A stretch of 61,687 nt of DNA from an uncultured Enterobacterales bacterium (lineage in GTDB: Bacteria > Myxococcota_A > UBA796 > CAJQPC01). Position 1 is the stretch's first letter; each line of letters opens with the position of its first letter. Positions 26,716-35,266 of the stretch are shown here, piece after piece. The stretch is taken from contig CAZSZE010000018.1 in NCBI GenBank assembly GCA_964610645.1, positions 1 to 61,687 of the forward strand, read 5' to 3'. Below the pieces are notes generated by a model. That model saw nothing but the letters and a program-made list of their open reading frames with translations, made no database searches and was not told the DNA's origin. A program made the translations under genes and the position numbers.

Positions 26716-27405
26716 TCAGGGCATGAGGAGGTAGGCCTTGCCGGCATTGATGCCGCCATCGTCGTTGCCAGAAGCCCCCACCAGGAGGTCATCGAGGCCA
26801 TCGCCGTCCACGTCGCCCGCGCTTGAGACGGAGACGCCCGCGTAGTCCTCGCTGTTCTCGCCCACGAAGCTGTAGTCCGCCAGCGAGAGGCTGCCGGCAC
26901 TGATGACACCGTCGCAGTCATAGTCGGAAAGCGGGCCGTCCGAGCTGGCGCCTGGATTGAAAGCAGCGTTTGCGTCGTCGCAGTCCCCTTCACAAGAGGA
27001 ATACCCATCCGCATCCGCGTCGTCCTGGTTCAAGGAGGCGTCGGAGTCATCGCAGTCCGTACCGTCCGCGATGTGACCGTCAGGGGCCACGCAGGCTTTC
27101 GTCGCCGCATCCGCATCCCCGTAGCCGTCGGCATCGGCATCGGGGTACCAGGTGGCCGCATCGACCGCATCGTCTTCATCCACCCGGCCGTCGCAGTCGT
27201 TGTCGATGCCGTCGCAGATCTCCGCTGCGGCAGGATTCACCGCCGCGTTGCCATCGTTGCAGTCCTGGTTTGCGCCGAACCCATCCCCATCCGCATCCAC
27301 CGACTCGGTATCGTCGGGTGGGATTCCGGTGTCGCCCAGCCCCGTGTCCTTGGACGGCGTTGGGCAGGAACAGAGCAAAAACAGGAGCAGAAACCGCGTA
27401 CTCAT
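26716..27405 (-). CDS. Lipoprotein with MopE-like metal-binding repeats and a single FG-GAP repeat (probably truncated)
   Basis: LLCSC lipobox; DADGDG..DCND...NP.A.EICDGIDNDCDG repeats; AGDVDGDGLDDLLVGA, then a stop soon after. Confidence 0.8.
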   Translation of the reverse strand: MSTRFLLLFLLCSCPTPSKDTGLGDTGIPPDDTESVDADGDGFGANQDCNDGNAAVNPAAAEICDGIDNDCDGRVDEDDAVDAATWYPDADADGYGDADAATKACVAPDGHIADGTDCDDSDASLNQDDADADGYSSCEGDCDDANAAFNPGASSDGPLSDYDCDGVISAGSLSLADYSFVGENSEDYAGVSVSSAGDVDGDGLDDLLVGASGNDDGGINAGKAYLLMP

Positions 27406-27505
27406 GACCGCGACCACCGGGTTTTGGTTCAGGCGAATGCCCATGCTACCACCCCAGACGTCGCCCGACCCGCCGCCCGCGCCATCAAGGGAGGGATTGA
27501 GCCAC

Positions 27506-29839
27506 CTAGAACAACTGACTAATCCGCAACATCACCAGCACCTGCGGATCCGGGTAGAACATGGGCTCCTGCCAGAACAGCCGACTGAAGGTGATGCCTC
27601 CCAACGCGGGCCGGATGCCAAGGGTGTCCGCCACCACGCTGATGCCAAACGTGCCGCCAACGCCCAGCACCCCGTCCAGGGGATCCGTGAACTCCCCGGC
27701 ATCCAGCCAGCCGGCCTCGACGCCCGCCGAGAGCTGCACATCGGTGATCCACCACAGGGGCACATGCAAGGAGAGGTTTCGCACTGCGAGGACCCGGTAC
27801 TCCCCAGCCAGGGATGCCTGGCGTCGCCCGAGTATTTCGCTGCTCGGCACGGAGTACAGCCCGCCAGATCCCCCCATTCCCAACATCCGGTGTTCCAGGT
27901 TGCCCCGCATCCAGCCGAGGCTTGCCTTTCCTGCAAAGGCGTGACGCGGATGGACTGCCCGCACGCCCCGTGCCCCCAAGCGTCCCCTCAGCCAGAACGA
28001 GTCGGACTCCGGCACCATGCCGCCTCCCCCATCGATCCAGAGGCGCCGGCCCCGCTCGGGGAAGTAGGGAGTGACCCGCGTGTCCCAGGCGTATCCAGCC
28101 CCGAGATCCACATGGAAGAGCGCATCCTCCGTCGGCCGGTACTCCGCATCCAACAAACCCCCCGTGCCGGACAGCCAGACCAGGTGCTCTCGTCGCATCC
28201 GATCCCGAAAGGGGCCCACGTACCGGACCAGGAGGGACTCCATGGAAACCACGGATCGGGCATCGTGGGACACCACCACCTGGGCCAAGCGGTGGGTGTT
28301 GTAGGGGCGGCGAATGGTGGTCCAGGCGACCCCCTCGAACCGGCGTTCGGTCAGGTGGATGCCCCCCAGGTAGATGCCCGGAATGAGGGAAACCCCCCGG
28401 GGCCACCGGTCGTTGGCCCGGTTCGCCTGGGGCACCTGGCGATCCGGATCGAGCCAGACCCGCTGCACCTTCTCGTCGAAAGCCTGGATGCGCCAGTCCG
28501 GCCCGGAACCCGTGAGCCAGACCTCCCGCTCTCCGTCCACATCCACCACCACAGGGACCGGGGCAGCATCCTCCCCCGCACGGCGCTCCATCCAGAGGCG
28601 GGGCTCCGCGCCGGGATCCACTGCCAGGATCAAATCCTGGCGCGGCATGGGTGCCTGCCAAGCCACCGCCAGCTCACCCTCCAACCCCTGGGCCACAAAG
28701 GCAGCCGGCAGGGTCTCCCCGGCCAGGAGGTCCCGGGCAATGGCCTCGGCGGCTGCCTTCCCTGCCATGGACTGCACCCAGTGAGCCACAAGCGCCCCGG
28801 GAACCCGCGGGCGGAAGCGCTCCAACAGGTCATCGGCCAGGGGGTCCGACTGCAGCGCCTCCCCAAAGACATCGGAAAGGAACAGGGTCCGGCCGTCGTA
28901 GAGCAGGGTGTGTGCGCCCGGGAGGCCCAGGCGAGCCAACAGCCGCTGGTGCTCGCCCGCGATGACCGCATCAGCTGCAACCTGCCCCAGGACCTCTGCC
29001 GCCAGGGCCCGGTGCCAGGGATCGGAAAGGGGAAGGGCTGCCTCCAACAATCCCTGGGCCACCGGCGCCCGGTGGTACTGAACCACGCTTGGGCTGACCC
29101 GGAAGGCCAGTTCGGAGACAAAGAGCACCCCGGGACCCGCCCGCACAAGCCGTCGATAGAGCGGGGCCACCACCACCACCACCCGCCCCGGTTGATCCAG
29201 GGTCCAGGCAGCCTGGGCCAGGCGGGCAAGCTCCCCCTCCAGGGGGCGAGCGTGCTGTCCCTCTGAAACAAGCACCGTCTCCAGTCCCTCCTCTCCCAAC
29301 ACCGTGGTGGTCGCATCAGCCAGCACCGCGATCGCCACCCGATAGGACAGGCCGGTCCACTGTGCCGCCCCCTGGCCCACGACATCGTTCACCACCAGGA
29401 CCGCCCCTTCAGGCCCCGCCAGATCCACCTGCCAGGTCACCCGCGGAGCAGAGTCCCCCCGGACCGGCTGGGGAAACCAGCCTCCATTTGCCCACAACCC
29501 CCGGCCCTCCAGACCTCCCATCGCGCCATATCGCTCGGGCAGCAGAGTGCGAAAAGTGATGCAGTCCTCCCCGGCCACTTCCCACGTCATCTCCCCCCGG
29601 TTCTGGCGCCCCGGTGCCGTGCGGGGCCAGAGCAGGTCATCGGTAGGCCAGGGCAGGTCCTCCAGGGGATTCAGCCAGTCCTCCGGCCCGGCTCCACACA
29701 CGGTTCCGCGAATGCCGAGAAAGGTGGAATCCACCTCAGCATCGACGGACAACTCCATCGCGAGGGCTGGCGGGGCGCGAAGCACCCCCGTAAAAAGCAC
29801 CGTCCACAGCACCGGCAGGCAACCCACTGGTCCCCGCAC
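27506..29839 (-). CDS. Exported protein: M1-aminopeptidase-like scaffold (no HExxH) fused to an Omp85/BamA-like beta-barrel
   Basis: Signal peptide; LPERYG, GGWFPQP, LDPD...NRANDRWP; C-terminal WDTR...PERG, GG...L...G...AGEYR; terminal Phe. Confidence 0.55.
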   Translation of the reverse strand: MRGPVGCLPVLWTVLFTGVLRAPPALAMELSVDAEVDSTFLGIRGTVCGAGPEDWLNPLEDLPWPTDDLLWPRTAPGRQNRGEMTWEVAGEDCITFRTLLPERYGAMGGLEGRGLWANGGWFPQPVRGDSAPRVTWQVDLAGPEGAVLVVNDVVGQGAAQWTGLSYRVAIAVLADATTTVLGEEGLETVLVSEGQHARPLEGELARLAQAAWTLDQPGRVVVVVAPLYRRLVRAGPGVLFVSELAFRVSPSVVQYHRAPVAQGLLEAALPLSDPWHRALAAEVLGQVAADAVIAGEHQRLLARLGLPGAHTLLYDGRTLFLSDVFGEALQSDPLADDLLERFRPRVPGALVAHWVQSMAGKAAAEAIARDLLAGETLPAAFVAQGLEGELAVAWQAPMPRQDLILAVDPGAEPRLWMERRAGEDAAPVPVVVDVDGEREVWLTGSGPDWRIQAFDEKVQRVWLDPDRQVPQANRANDRWPRGVSLIPGIYLGGIHLTERRFEGVAWTTIRRPYNTHRLAQVVVSHDARSVVSMESLLVRYVGPFRDRMRREHLVWLSGTGGLLDAEYRPTEDALFHVDLGAGYAWDTRVTPYFPERGRRLWIDGGGGMVPESDSFWLRGRLGARGVRAVHPRHAFAGKASLGWMRGNLEHRMLGMGGSGGLYSVPSSEILGRRQASLAGEYRVLAVRNLSLHVPLWWITDVQLSAGVEAGWLDAGEFTDPLDGVLGVGGTFGISVVADTLGIRPALGGITFSRLFWQEPMFYPDPQVLVMLRISQLF

Positions 29840-29851
29840 GCTCGCGACCGA

Positions 29852-30718
29852 CTAGTAGCTGAAGCCGAGGCCGACGTTGACCGTGGGCAGGACGCTCCGG
29901 GCCAGGGTGCCTGCCAGGACGCACTCGAATCCGGAGCTCACAATGCGTAGCCCCAAGTGGAACTGCAGGGGTTGGAACGACTCGTCGTAGAAGTCCGAGT
30001 CCTTGAATCCACTGACTTCCGAGATGCCCAGCGCCAGGGTCTCCTCCTCCGACAACAGGGGCCGGGCGTGGATGCGCAGCAGCCCCATGCCGGTGTAGGG
30101 CGTCACCGTTCCGTGGTTCACCCCCACCACCTTGCCAAAGGGAATCGTGTACCCACTCGATGCGGTTAAATCCATGGCGCCTGCTTCCAGTTGGTCGTTC
30201 CCAACCACCCCGGAGTAGCCCCACTGCATGGTGAGGTCCGGATACTGGCGGTAGCCCTCCAACGGAGACCAGCGGCCATAGGCGCCAAACACGGTCTGCC
30301 GGCTGGAGGACAGGGTCGCCATCGTGGCACCAATGTCCACCGAGGCGGGCAGCCCCTTTCGAATCCCCAGGCCGGACATCCAAAGGGCCGGCTGGGCGCG
30401 TCCTTCTTCCTGGACCCGTTCCCAGGCGGTGGGCGCGGAGCCCCCGACGCCCGAGATGAACCCCACCGTTCCCATGGCCTTGATCTCGAATCCATAGGCG
30501 CCCAGGGTGTTCCCCGGGGCCATGGGCTTGTTGGCGATCACGGCCCCCAGCTCCCGCACGACCTTGTGGTACGCGTTCTGGCGAATGGTCACGTCATCGA
30601 CCGTCACCCCGTTCCACGTGGCGAGGGCCCGAGGGTCCACATCGAGCTCGCCCCCCGCCCAGGCGGATCCTGGCAATCCAAGGCAGCCAGCCAACAGCAA
30701 CCCTCTCACACGATCCAT
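29852..30718 (-). CDS. Hypothetical outer-membrane beta-barrel-like protein
   Basis: Signal peptide (SAWA), RKGLP motif, alternating beta strands, ends VNVGLGFSY. Confidence 0.6.
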   Translation of the reverse strand: MDRVRGLLLAGCLGLPGSAWAGGELDVDPRALATWNGVTVDDVTIRQNAYHKVVRELGAVIANKPMAPGNTLGAYGFEIKAMGTVGFISGVGGSAPTAWERVQEEGRAQPALWMSGLGIRKGLPASVDIGATMATLSSSRQTVFGAYGRWSPLEGYRQYPDLTMQWGYSGVVGNDQLEAGAMDLTASSGYTIPFGKVVGVNHGTVTPYTGMGLLRIHARPLLSEEETLALGISEVSGFKDSDFYDESFQPLQFHLGLRIVSSGFECVLAGTLARSVLPTVNVGLGFSY

Positions 30719-30742
30719 CGGACGCTCCAGAGTTGCAGAATG

Positions 30743-32110
30743 CTACCGCGCAGCCACGCCCGCGTCGACCCATGACCCCTTGTCATCATCGGCAATCCAG
30801 GCGTAGTCCACCTGTTCCCCATCCACCGTCGCGTACTTGGGACGCCATCCGGGCTTTCTCGTCCACAGAAAAGCCCCGCCCCACAAGGTAGCGGCCTCCG
30901 CAGCGATGAAACCCAGGGCGCCGGACAAGACCGCCGGGGCAACTCCCCCCAGCTGCTTGGACAGGAGCAGAGCCTGAAATGCCTCCCGCGCTCCCTCGCC
31001 TGCAATGGTGGGAGAAAGGAGCGTGGCCAGGATCTGGATGGTGGAGCCAAACACGATCGGCCAGAATTTCGCCCCCACGACGCCGATGGCCAGGGCGGTG
31101 AAAAAGTAGACCACCGCGGTCGTGAAGTGGGTGACGAACTTGCACACGAGCGTCAGGAGCAGCAGCTTCACCTGGCCCCGGTAGGCCCCCACCGCATCCA
31201 CAAACCGCTGAAACACCCCCGAGACCTTGGCGGGCAGAAACCGGCCCACAAGACCCAGGCCCCAGACGATGAGCACAGGCCAGACCAGGCCCAGCAACAC
31301 GCAGCCCGACACGCCTCCCGCCACCAACGCGATGGCCCCAGCAAGGGGCCCGGCCGCCTCGGGACGTCCCACGTGCTCCGTGACATCCACAATGACCTGG
31401 TACCCGAAGGGCAGGGTCAACAGCATGCCCAGAAAGAGCCCCGCCACCCCGATGAACTTCTCAAGCCCCTTGGCGGTGATGACCCGAGGCCAGCGGTTTG
31501 AGTAGCGCCCGGCTTCGTAGAGGGTGTAGCCATCCAGCCCCAGGGTGCTGGGCAGAAAGGTCCCGATGAACCGGCCGATCAGAAAGCTGGTGAAGGTCAG
31601 GGACCAGAAGGGAAACCGCACCCCCTGGCCTCGCAGCAGAAGCTGCCAGCCAAAGGCAGAGGCGATGACCCCCGTGAACTTCACCGCCATGGCCAGGAAG
31701 GCAAAAAGGAAGAAGGTGCTTGCTTCCACCTGGCCCACGTACTCGGCGATGGCCGCGTAGATCGGAAGCTCCACGCCCCCCCCCGCCAGGGTGGCACCTG
31801 TTTCCGGGTCCAGCACCGGGACCTTGATCGGGTGCCGCAGCAGCGCCATGAGCCCCGCAAATGTGAAGAGCGCCTTGGCCCACTTGTCCACCCGCAGCCG
31901 CGCTGGCTTTTCCAGCTTCTTGCGGGCCTTGGCCAAGGCAACCACAGCCACCAACAAGAGGCCCATCGCTGCGAGTCCCAGGCGGCCCAGCCAGGCATAG
32001 GCACAGACCCCGGCGAAGGCCGATGCAGCCAATGCCACGAGGTCTTCTCCCTGCGCACGGCGCTTGTCTTCTGGCATGGGCCCGGTCCTCGACGCGCGGG
32101 TAACCCGCAT
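30743..32110 (-). CDS. Lysylphosphatidylglycerol synthase TM-domain (flippase-like) protein
   Basis: WQLLLRGQG, IGRFIGTFLPSTLGLD, PTIAGEGARE; TGATG overlap with moaA. Confidence 0.8.
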   Translation of the reverse strand: MRVTRASRTGPMPEDKRRAQGEDLVALAASAFAGVCAYAWLGRLGLAAMGLLLVAVVALAKARKKLEKPARLRVDKWAKALFTFAGLMALLRHPIKVPVLDPETGATLAGGGVELPIYAAIAEYVGQVEASTFFLFAFLAMAVKFTGVIASAFGWQLLLRGQGVRFPFWSLTFTSFLIGRFIGTFLPSTLGLDGYTLYEAGRYSNRWPRVITAKGLEKFIGVAGLFLGMLLTLPFGYQVIVDVTEHVGRPEAAGPLAGAIALVAGGVSGCVLLGLVWPVLIVWGLGLVGRFLPAKVSGVFQRFVDAVGAYRGQVKLLLLTLVCKFVTHFTTAVVYFFTALAIGVVGAKFWPIVFGSTIQILATLLSPTIAGEGAREAFQALLLSKQLGGVAPAVLSGALGFIAAEAATLWGGAFLWTRKPGWRPKYATVDGEQVDYAWIADDDKGSWVDAGVAAR

Positions 32111-33093
32111 CAACCGCCGATGCGTGTCATCACGCCCTCGAAGGGCACCCCACCATCCACCTCGCAGCCGTGGCCTTCGCGCTTGCTCAGGGTCAGTGCA
32201 CGGATCTGATCCTGGATCGCGGCATCGCTTGCCCCCTCCCGCAGCAAGGTGGTCAGCGGCGGCGTTCCATCGTCCGAGAGACAGGTGCGCAGGTTGCCCT
32301 CCGCAGTCAATCGCAGGCGGTTGCAGGAGGCGCAGAAGCGGTCCGAAAGCGAGGAGATGAAGCCCACCACTGCCCCCGTCTCCGGCAGTCGCCAGTGCAC
32401 CGCAGGCCCTCCTCCCTGCGCGGCAGGTTCCGGTTCCATCTTGTGGGTGCGGGCAATGCGCTCCCGAAGGGTCGCCCCCGTCACGCAGCGATGACGACTG
32501 ACCTCGAACGGCATGTACTCGATAAAGCGAACCTGGAGATCCGCGGGGCGTTCACTGGCCCAGGCAAGAAGCGGCTCCACCTGGTCCTCGTTCTCCCCCT
32601 CCAAAATCACCACGTTGACCTTGATTGGGGACAGACCAGCGGCCAGGGCCACATCAATCCCGTCCAGTACCCTGGTGAGATCCCCCCCCCGGGTCAAGCG
32701 GTGGAACAGGTCCGGATCCAATGCATCGAGGGAGACGTTGACGCGATTCAAACCGGCGGCCGCCAGCCGGCCTGCCACGAGGGCCAACACGTGACCGTTG
32801 GTGGTCATGGACAGATCGTCCAACCCCGGCAAATCCGCCAGTACCCGGACCAAGCGGGGGAGGTCCCGCCGCAGAGTGGGTTCCCCGCCAGTCAATCTCA
32901 CCCGTCGAACCCCCAGCGCCACAAAGCACCCCACGAGGCGCTGGATCTCCTCGAAGGTGAGAAGCCCATCCCGGGGCAGCCAGGTCATCCCCTCCTTTGG
33001 GAGGCAGTAGGTGCAGCGAAAGTTGCAGCGGTCCGTCACCGAGACCCGAAGGGTGTCGTGCACGCGACCAAAGCTGTCGACCAGGGCCGTCAC
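32110..33093 (-). CDS. moaA: GTP 3',8-cyclase
   Basis: SVTDRCNFRCTYC, LTGGEP, FIEYMP, FCASCNRLR...C, C-terminal IGG. Confidence 0.97.
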   Translation of the reverse strand: MTALVDSFGRVHDTLRVSVTDRCNFRCTYCLPKEGMTWLPRDGLLTFEEIQRLVGCFVALGVRRVRLTGGEPTLRRDLPRLVRVLADLPGLDDLSMTTNGHVLALVAGRLAAAGLNRVNVSLDALDPDLFHRLTRGGDLTRVLDGIDVALAAGLSPIKVNVVILEGENEDQVEPLLAWASERPADLQVRFIEYMPFEVSRHRCVTGATLRERIARTHKMEPEPAAQGGGPAVHWRLPETGAVVGFISSLSDRFCASCNRLRLTAEGNLRTCLSDDGTPPLTTLLREGASDAAIQDQIRALTLSKREGHGCEVDGGVPFEGVMTRIGG

Positions 33094-34178
33094 GCGAGCT
33101 GATCCAGGACTGCGCTGGCGAGCTGGTCAAAGATGTGCGCCGCCGGGCCTTCCCCAAGCACCGCGGGATTACCCGCATCCCCCCCCTCCCGAATGCCCTG
33201 CTCCAACGGAATCTGGGCCAAGAGGGGCAGGTCCTCTTTCCGGGTCATGGCGGCTGCCCCCCCTTCCCCGAATGGATGCGCCCGGGAACCATCCGGCAGG
33301 GCATACCAGGCCATGTTCTCCACGACCCCCATCACCGGAACATTCAGCTTGCGGAACATCTCCATGCCGCGGCAGGCATCCAGGAGCGCCACCTCCTGGG
33401 GGGTGGACACAATGATCGCCCCGGAAATGGGCACCGCCTGGATCATGGTGAGCTGCGCATCCCCCGTTCCAGGCGGCAAGTCCACCACCAAAACGTCCAG
33501 CTCCCCCCAGTCCACGTCCCGCAGAAACTGCCGCACCACCCCCATCACCATGGGGCCCCGCCAGATGATGGGCTCGGTGGAATCGACCATGAAACCGATG
33601 GAGATGCACTTCACCCCGTAGGCCACCAGGGGGATCATCTTGTTCTCGCGACTGGCCAGGGGCTTGCCATTCACCCGCATCATCAGGGGCAGGGAGGGTC
33701 CATAGATGTCTGCATCCAGGAGGCCCACCTTCTTGCCGGCCTTGGCCAGGCCACAGGCCAGGTTGACCGCCACCGTGGACTTGCCCACCCCGCCCTTGCC
33801 CGAGGCGACCGCCACGATGTGCTTCACCCCTTCGATGGCCTGAAGTTGAATCGGTCCTCCGTGGGGTCCCATTCCGGGTCCCTGCATGCCGCGCACCCCG
33901 CCGGGCGCCGTGGGTGCAGGTGTTGACACCCTCGCCAGCCGCACGTTGCAGATGACCTCACCGGAGAATCCCTGGTCCTCCAGGGATTGGTGCAGGGCAA
34001 GCTGAATCTGCTCCCGATCCGTGGGGGTGTGGCCCGAACCAAAGGTCAGGGTGTAGCGCAGGTTGCCGTCAGCCAGCTTGCTGTCCGAGACCATGTCCGC
34101 CAACCAGATGGAGCGGCCACTTACCGGATCGCGAACCTGCGTGGCAGCGGGTTCCAGGAGATGATCTGCAGTGGTCAT
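33090..34178 (-). CDS. mrp: Mrp/NBP35 (ApbC) ATP-binding Fe-S carrier protein
   Basis: SGKGGVGKST, DADIYGPS, WRGPM, DLPPGTGD, VENMA. Confidence 0.93.
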   Translation of the reverse strand: MTTADHLLEPAATQVRDPVSGRSIWLADMVSDSKLADGNLRYTLTFGSGHTPTDREQIQLALHQSLEDQGFSGEVICNVRLARVSTPAPTAPGGVRGMQGPGMGPHGGPIQLQAIEGVKHIVAVASGKGGVGKSTVAVNLACGLAKAGKKVGLLDADIYGPSLPLMMRVNGKPLASRENKMIPLVAYGVKCISIGFMVDSTEPIIWRGPMVMGVVRQFLRDVDWGELDVLVVDLPPGTGDAQLTMIQAVPISGAIIVSTPQEVALLDACRGMEMFRKLNVPVMGVVENMAWYALPDGSRAHPFGEGGAAAMTRKEDLPLLAQIPLEQGIREGGDAGNPAVLGEGPAAHIFDQLASAVLDQLA

Positions 34179-34203
34179 GTTGCCCTCGAACGAGGCCCTG
34201 CCC

Positions 34204-34734
34204 TTATCCGGCGGGGTCGGCCGCGGCCTCCTTGGAAAGCTCCCAGACCAGGTGGGAGAGCTCGGGGCCGATCAGGGAATCCACCGCGAGTCGACATGCT
34301 GCAGTGGAGCCGGGGACCGAGAAGAGGATCACCCCCTGGCAGATCCCGGCCGAGGCCCGGGAGAGCATGGCTGCAGCGCCGATCTCCTGGAAAGACAGCA
34401 TGCGAAACAGCTCCCCAAACCCAGGCAATGGCTTGTCGATCAAGGCGTCCACCGCCTCGAATGTCCCATCCCGGGCTGAAATTCCGGTGCCCCCGGAGAG
34501 CACAAGTGCCTGGTCCAGACCGCCCTCCACTGCCTCCAGGACCCACGCCCGCACCCGGTCCGGATCATCGGGCAGAAAGTCCAAGCCGGATACCCGGTGG
34601 CCCGCTGCCTCGAGGCGCTCCTGCAGCACAGCACCGGAAGTATCGGTCTTTTCGGTCCGGGTGGTGGAGACCACCGCGAGACGCACCTGCACCGAGGTCT
34701 TACCGGCGTGACCGTGATGTTCTCTGTGGCCCAT
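34204..34734 (-). CDS. moaB: MoaB/Mog molybdopterin adenylyltransferase family
   Basis: DTSG, GGTGISARDGTFEA, LPGFGELFR, SRASAG, PGS. Confidence 0.88.
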   Translation of the reverse strand: MGHREHHGHAGKTSVQVRLAVVSTTRTEKTDTSGAVLQERLEAAGHRVSGLDFLPDDPDRVRAWVLEAVEGGLDQALVLSGGTGISARDGTFEAVDALIDKPLPGFGELFRMLSFQEIGAAAMLSRASAGICQGVILFSVPGSTAACRLAVDSLIGPELSHLVWELSKEAAADPAG

Positions 34735-34744
34735 GGTGGAGGGC

Positions 34745-35266
34745 TTATCCCGGCGGCCGGTTCCAATTGACCAGCTGGTCGCCAGGAAGAGGCACGGGCC
34801 TCGCGCCGGCCAGGGCATCGGTGGCACTGCCATTCACGGCCAACACGGCCGCCACCCGCGGTGCCCAGAATCCGGGAAGATGGGCGAGAAGAGGATGGGG
34901 GGAGCCGGATTCATCCACCGCGACAGAGGGCGCACCCGCCTTCACAAGCCGGGCGACACCAGACGCCTGGAGTCCCGGCAGGTCACATGGCACCAGCAGG
35001 GCGGTCTCTCCATCCTCCAGGGATTGCAGTGCCGCCAACAGCCCCCGCAAGGGGTGGGGTGATTCGGGGGAAGGCGCCTCGCGCAGGAGCGGAATCCCCA
35101 GGTCCGCCAGGGCCTCGTCCCGCACCACGAGGCACACGGGAAGCCCGGCCGCCTCCAGGGCGGATGCGACCCTGGCCGCCATGGGCACGCCGTCAATCGG
35201 GTGCCGGGCCTTGTCCGAGCCAAAGCGCATGGACTGCCCTCCGGCGAGCACAAACCCCTTTACCAA
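34745..35266 (-). CDS. mobA: Molybdenum cofactor guanylyltransferase
   Basis: VLAGGQSMRFGSDKA, PCDLP, NWN; TTG start at 35266 with GAGG RBS. Confidence 0.88.
   Translation of the reverse strand: MVKGFVLAGGQSMRFGSDKARHPIDGVPMAARVASALEAAGLPVCLVVRDEALADLGIPLLREAPSPESPHPLRGLLAALQSLEDGETALLVPCDLPGLQASGVARLVKAGAPSVAVDESGSPHPLLAHLPGFWAPRVAAVLAVNGSATDALAGARPVPLPGDQLVNWNRPPG

Noticed and set aside
26716-26718. The TGA ending the FG-GAP lipoprotein as a second Sec codon
   Set aside because: Not a Cys-type position, no SECIS-like hairpin seen, and the downstream frame is not FG-GAP-like and stops again shortly.
27152-29266. Long opposite-strand ORFs (this 704-aa one; also 3038..4831, 41216..43201, 47445..49394, 55886..57601)
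   Set aside because: Antisense shadows of well-supported genes, typical of high-GC DNA; no motifs.
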